From NCBI GenBank assembly GCA_015680685.1, contig MNCI01001938.1, forward strand, positions 1 through 64,000: a stretch of 64,000 bases of DNA, read 5' to 3'. Source of the DNA: Gnetum montanum (lineage: Eukaryota > Plantae > Gnetophyta). Positions 62,667 to 64,000 of the stretch are shown here, in pieces (position 1 is the stretch's first letter; every line of letters begins with the position of its first letter). Made by a program: the position numbers and the translations under genes. The notes under the pieces are model-generated. The model was not told the origin of the DNA. It did no database searches and saw only the letters and a list, made by a program, of their open reading frames with translations.

Positions 62667-64000
62667 ATTTTTGGTAGGATTGCAAAATGAATGCATACAA
62701 GAGTCTTCATTCACCCTTGGTCTTAACCAGATTATATGATTCCACGAGATGCATAAATACTAAGCTCATAGAATTTGAACCTATGACTTATGACACAAAT
62801 GTAGCATCCTTAGAGACATCTCTAGACTAGCCAAACCATCTAGTTAGAGCTTTAGACTTAGAAGTAGGTGATGTAACTAAGGACCCTCTCATAGAAGTCC
62901 CTATAGTAACATGTAAAGGTGAGGTGAAGACATTGAAACTTAGTTCTTTGTTAGAGCCTCAAATCAAACAAAGAATCTCTAAAGTCCTTAACAATAACAT
63001 CAAGGTGTTTTCATGGTCCTACAAGGACATGCTAAGCCTAGACCCTTGCATAATACATCACAACATTATCCTTGATCCTCGCATAAAACCAGTTAAACCA
63101 AAAGCTCACAAAATTAAGCCTAAGGTAGTATTGGTAGTTTGCAATGAAATCACCAAGCTTTACAAAGCTAGTTTCATCTAGATAGTTGATTACAATGATT
63201 GGGTTTAAAACATCATAGTTTTTCCTAAGAAAAATGGAAGTATACACATTTGCATAGACTTCCATGACTTAAACAAGGCAACTATTAAAGATGATTTTCT
63301 ATTGCCTAGAACTCACCAACTCATTAATACTATGGTTGGCCATGGTTTGTTGTCCTTTATGGATGGGTTTTCAAGGTACAACCAAATTCAGATCAACCCA
63401 GAGCACTAGCTTAGCACCACCTTCATGACCGCTTAGGGTATGTTTTGCTATACAATGATGTCCTTTGGACAAAAGAACATAGGAGCAACCTATCAACATG
63501 TGATGACATATATATTTAGTAACTATTTACTAGACTTGCTTAATGACTATGTTGACAATATAGCAGTTAAGTCCAAGATAGCTCATGACCATGTAGATGA
63601 CTTGGACAACATTCTCAAACATTACCTTAGACATGACCTTAGGCTAAATCCCAAAACATTTTTTTGGCATCAAAACCAATCACATGCTAGGCTTTGTAGT
63701 ATTAGAAGCAAGTATACATCTAGACCATGATAAGGTCAAGGCTATTACCAAATTGGTACCATCAACAAACCTTAAGGAGCTACATGGGTTATAAGGAGAT
63801 TACAATTCATATGCACATTTATTGCAATTTTGACTAACAAGTTGTAGCTAATGCAACATTTGTTCAAAAGGGGGTTCCACTTTAAGTGGATAGCTCAATG
63901 CCAAGAGGCATTTGACAACCTCAAAAAGGAGCTAGCTCAACTTTCAATAGTCTACCCTCTGTAAGAAGATAAGTCATTCTATATTTACCTTGCAACCTCA
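62667..64000 (+). pseudogene. pol: RT and start of RNase H of fragment G (runs off the window)
   Basis: FSWSYKDMLSLDP, SFMDGFSRYNQI, NDYVDNIAVKS, DLRLNPK, SFYIYLATS. Confidence 0.9.

Overview
Repeat-dense, gene-free window from a large, heavily methylated land-plant genome, made almost entirely of nested Ty3/gypsy LTR retrotransposons. One Tat/Ogre-like family dominates, with an archaeal-type RNase H between RH and INT, ~1.6-2.0 kb LTRs starting TGAAACACC and PBS TGGCACTAGAAGGAGGG. Its copies are A (1-10431, minus, young and CpG-rich), B (10432-27690, minus), C (41139-54892, plus), E (54893-59489), a truncated LTR F and a fragment G (61505-64000). Also present are two Athila-like pieces, an Athila-type solo LTR and an old chromovirus-type RNase H/integrase remnant. 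The standout feature is the architecture of the Tat-like family: gag-protease and RT-RH-aRH-INT are separated by a ~5.9 kb spacer holding an antisense gene with at least 8 exons and its own TATA promoter. In copy A this gene (307-4312, ~1,100 aa) splices in frame at canonical GT-AG sites. It encodes an apparently catalytically dead FCP1/NIF (HAD) phosphatase-like domain, a plant-transposon accessory-type domain, a basic NLS-like patch, a coiled coil and an acidic tail. A TAGTTTAAGGCC hairpin repeat marks both spacer ends and the pol 3' end, and palindromic TACGC/GCGTA arrays fill the LTR U3. All assignments were made by eye without database searches, so boundaries of degenerate copies are approximate.
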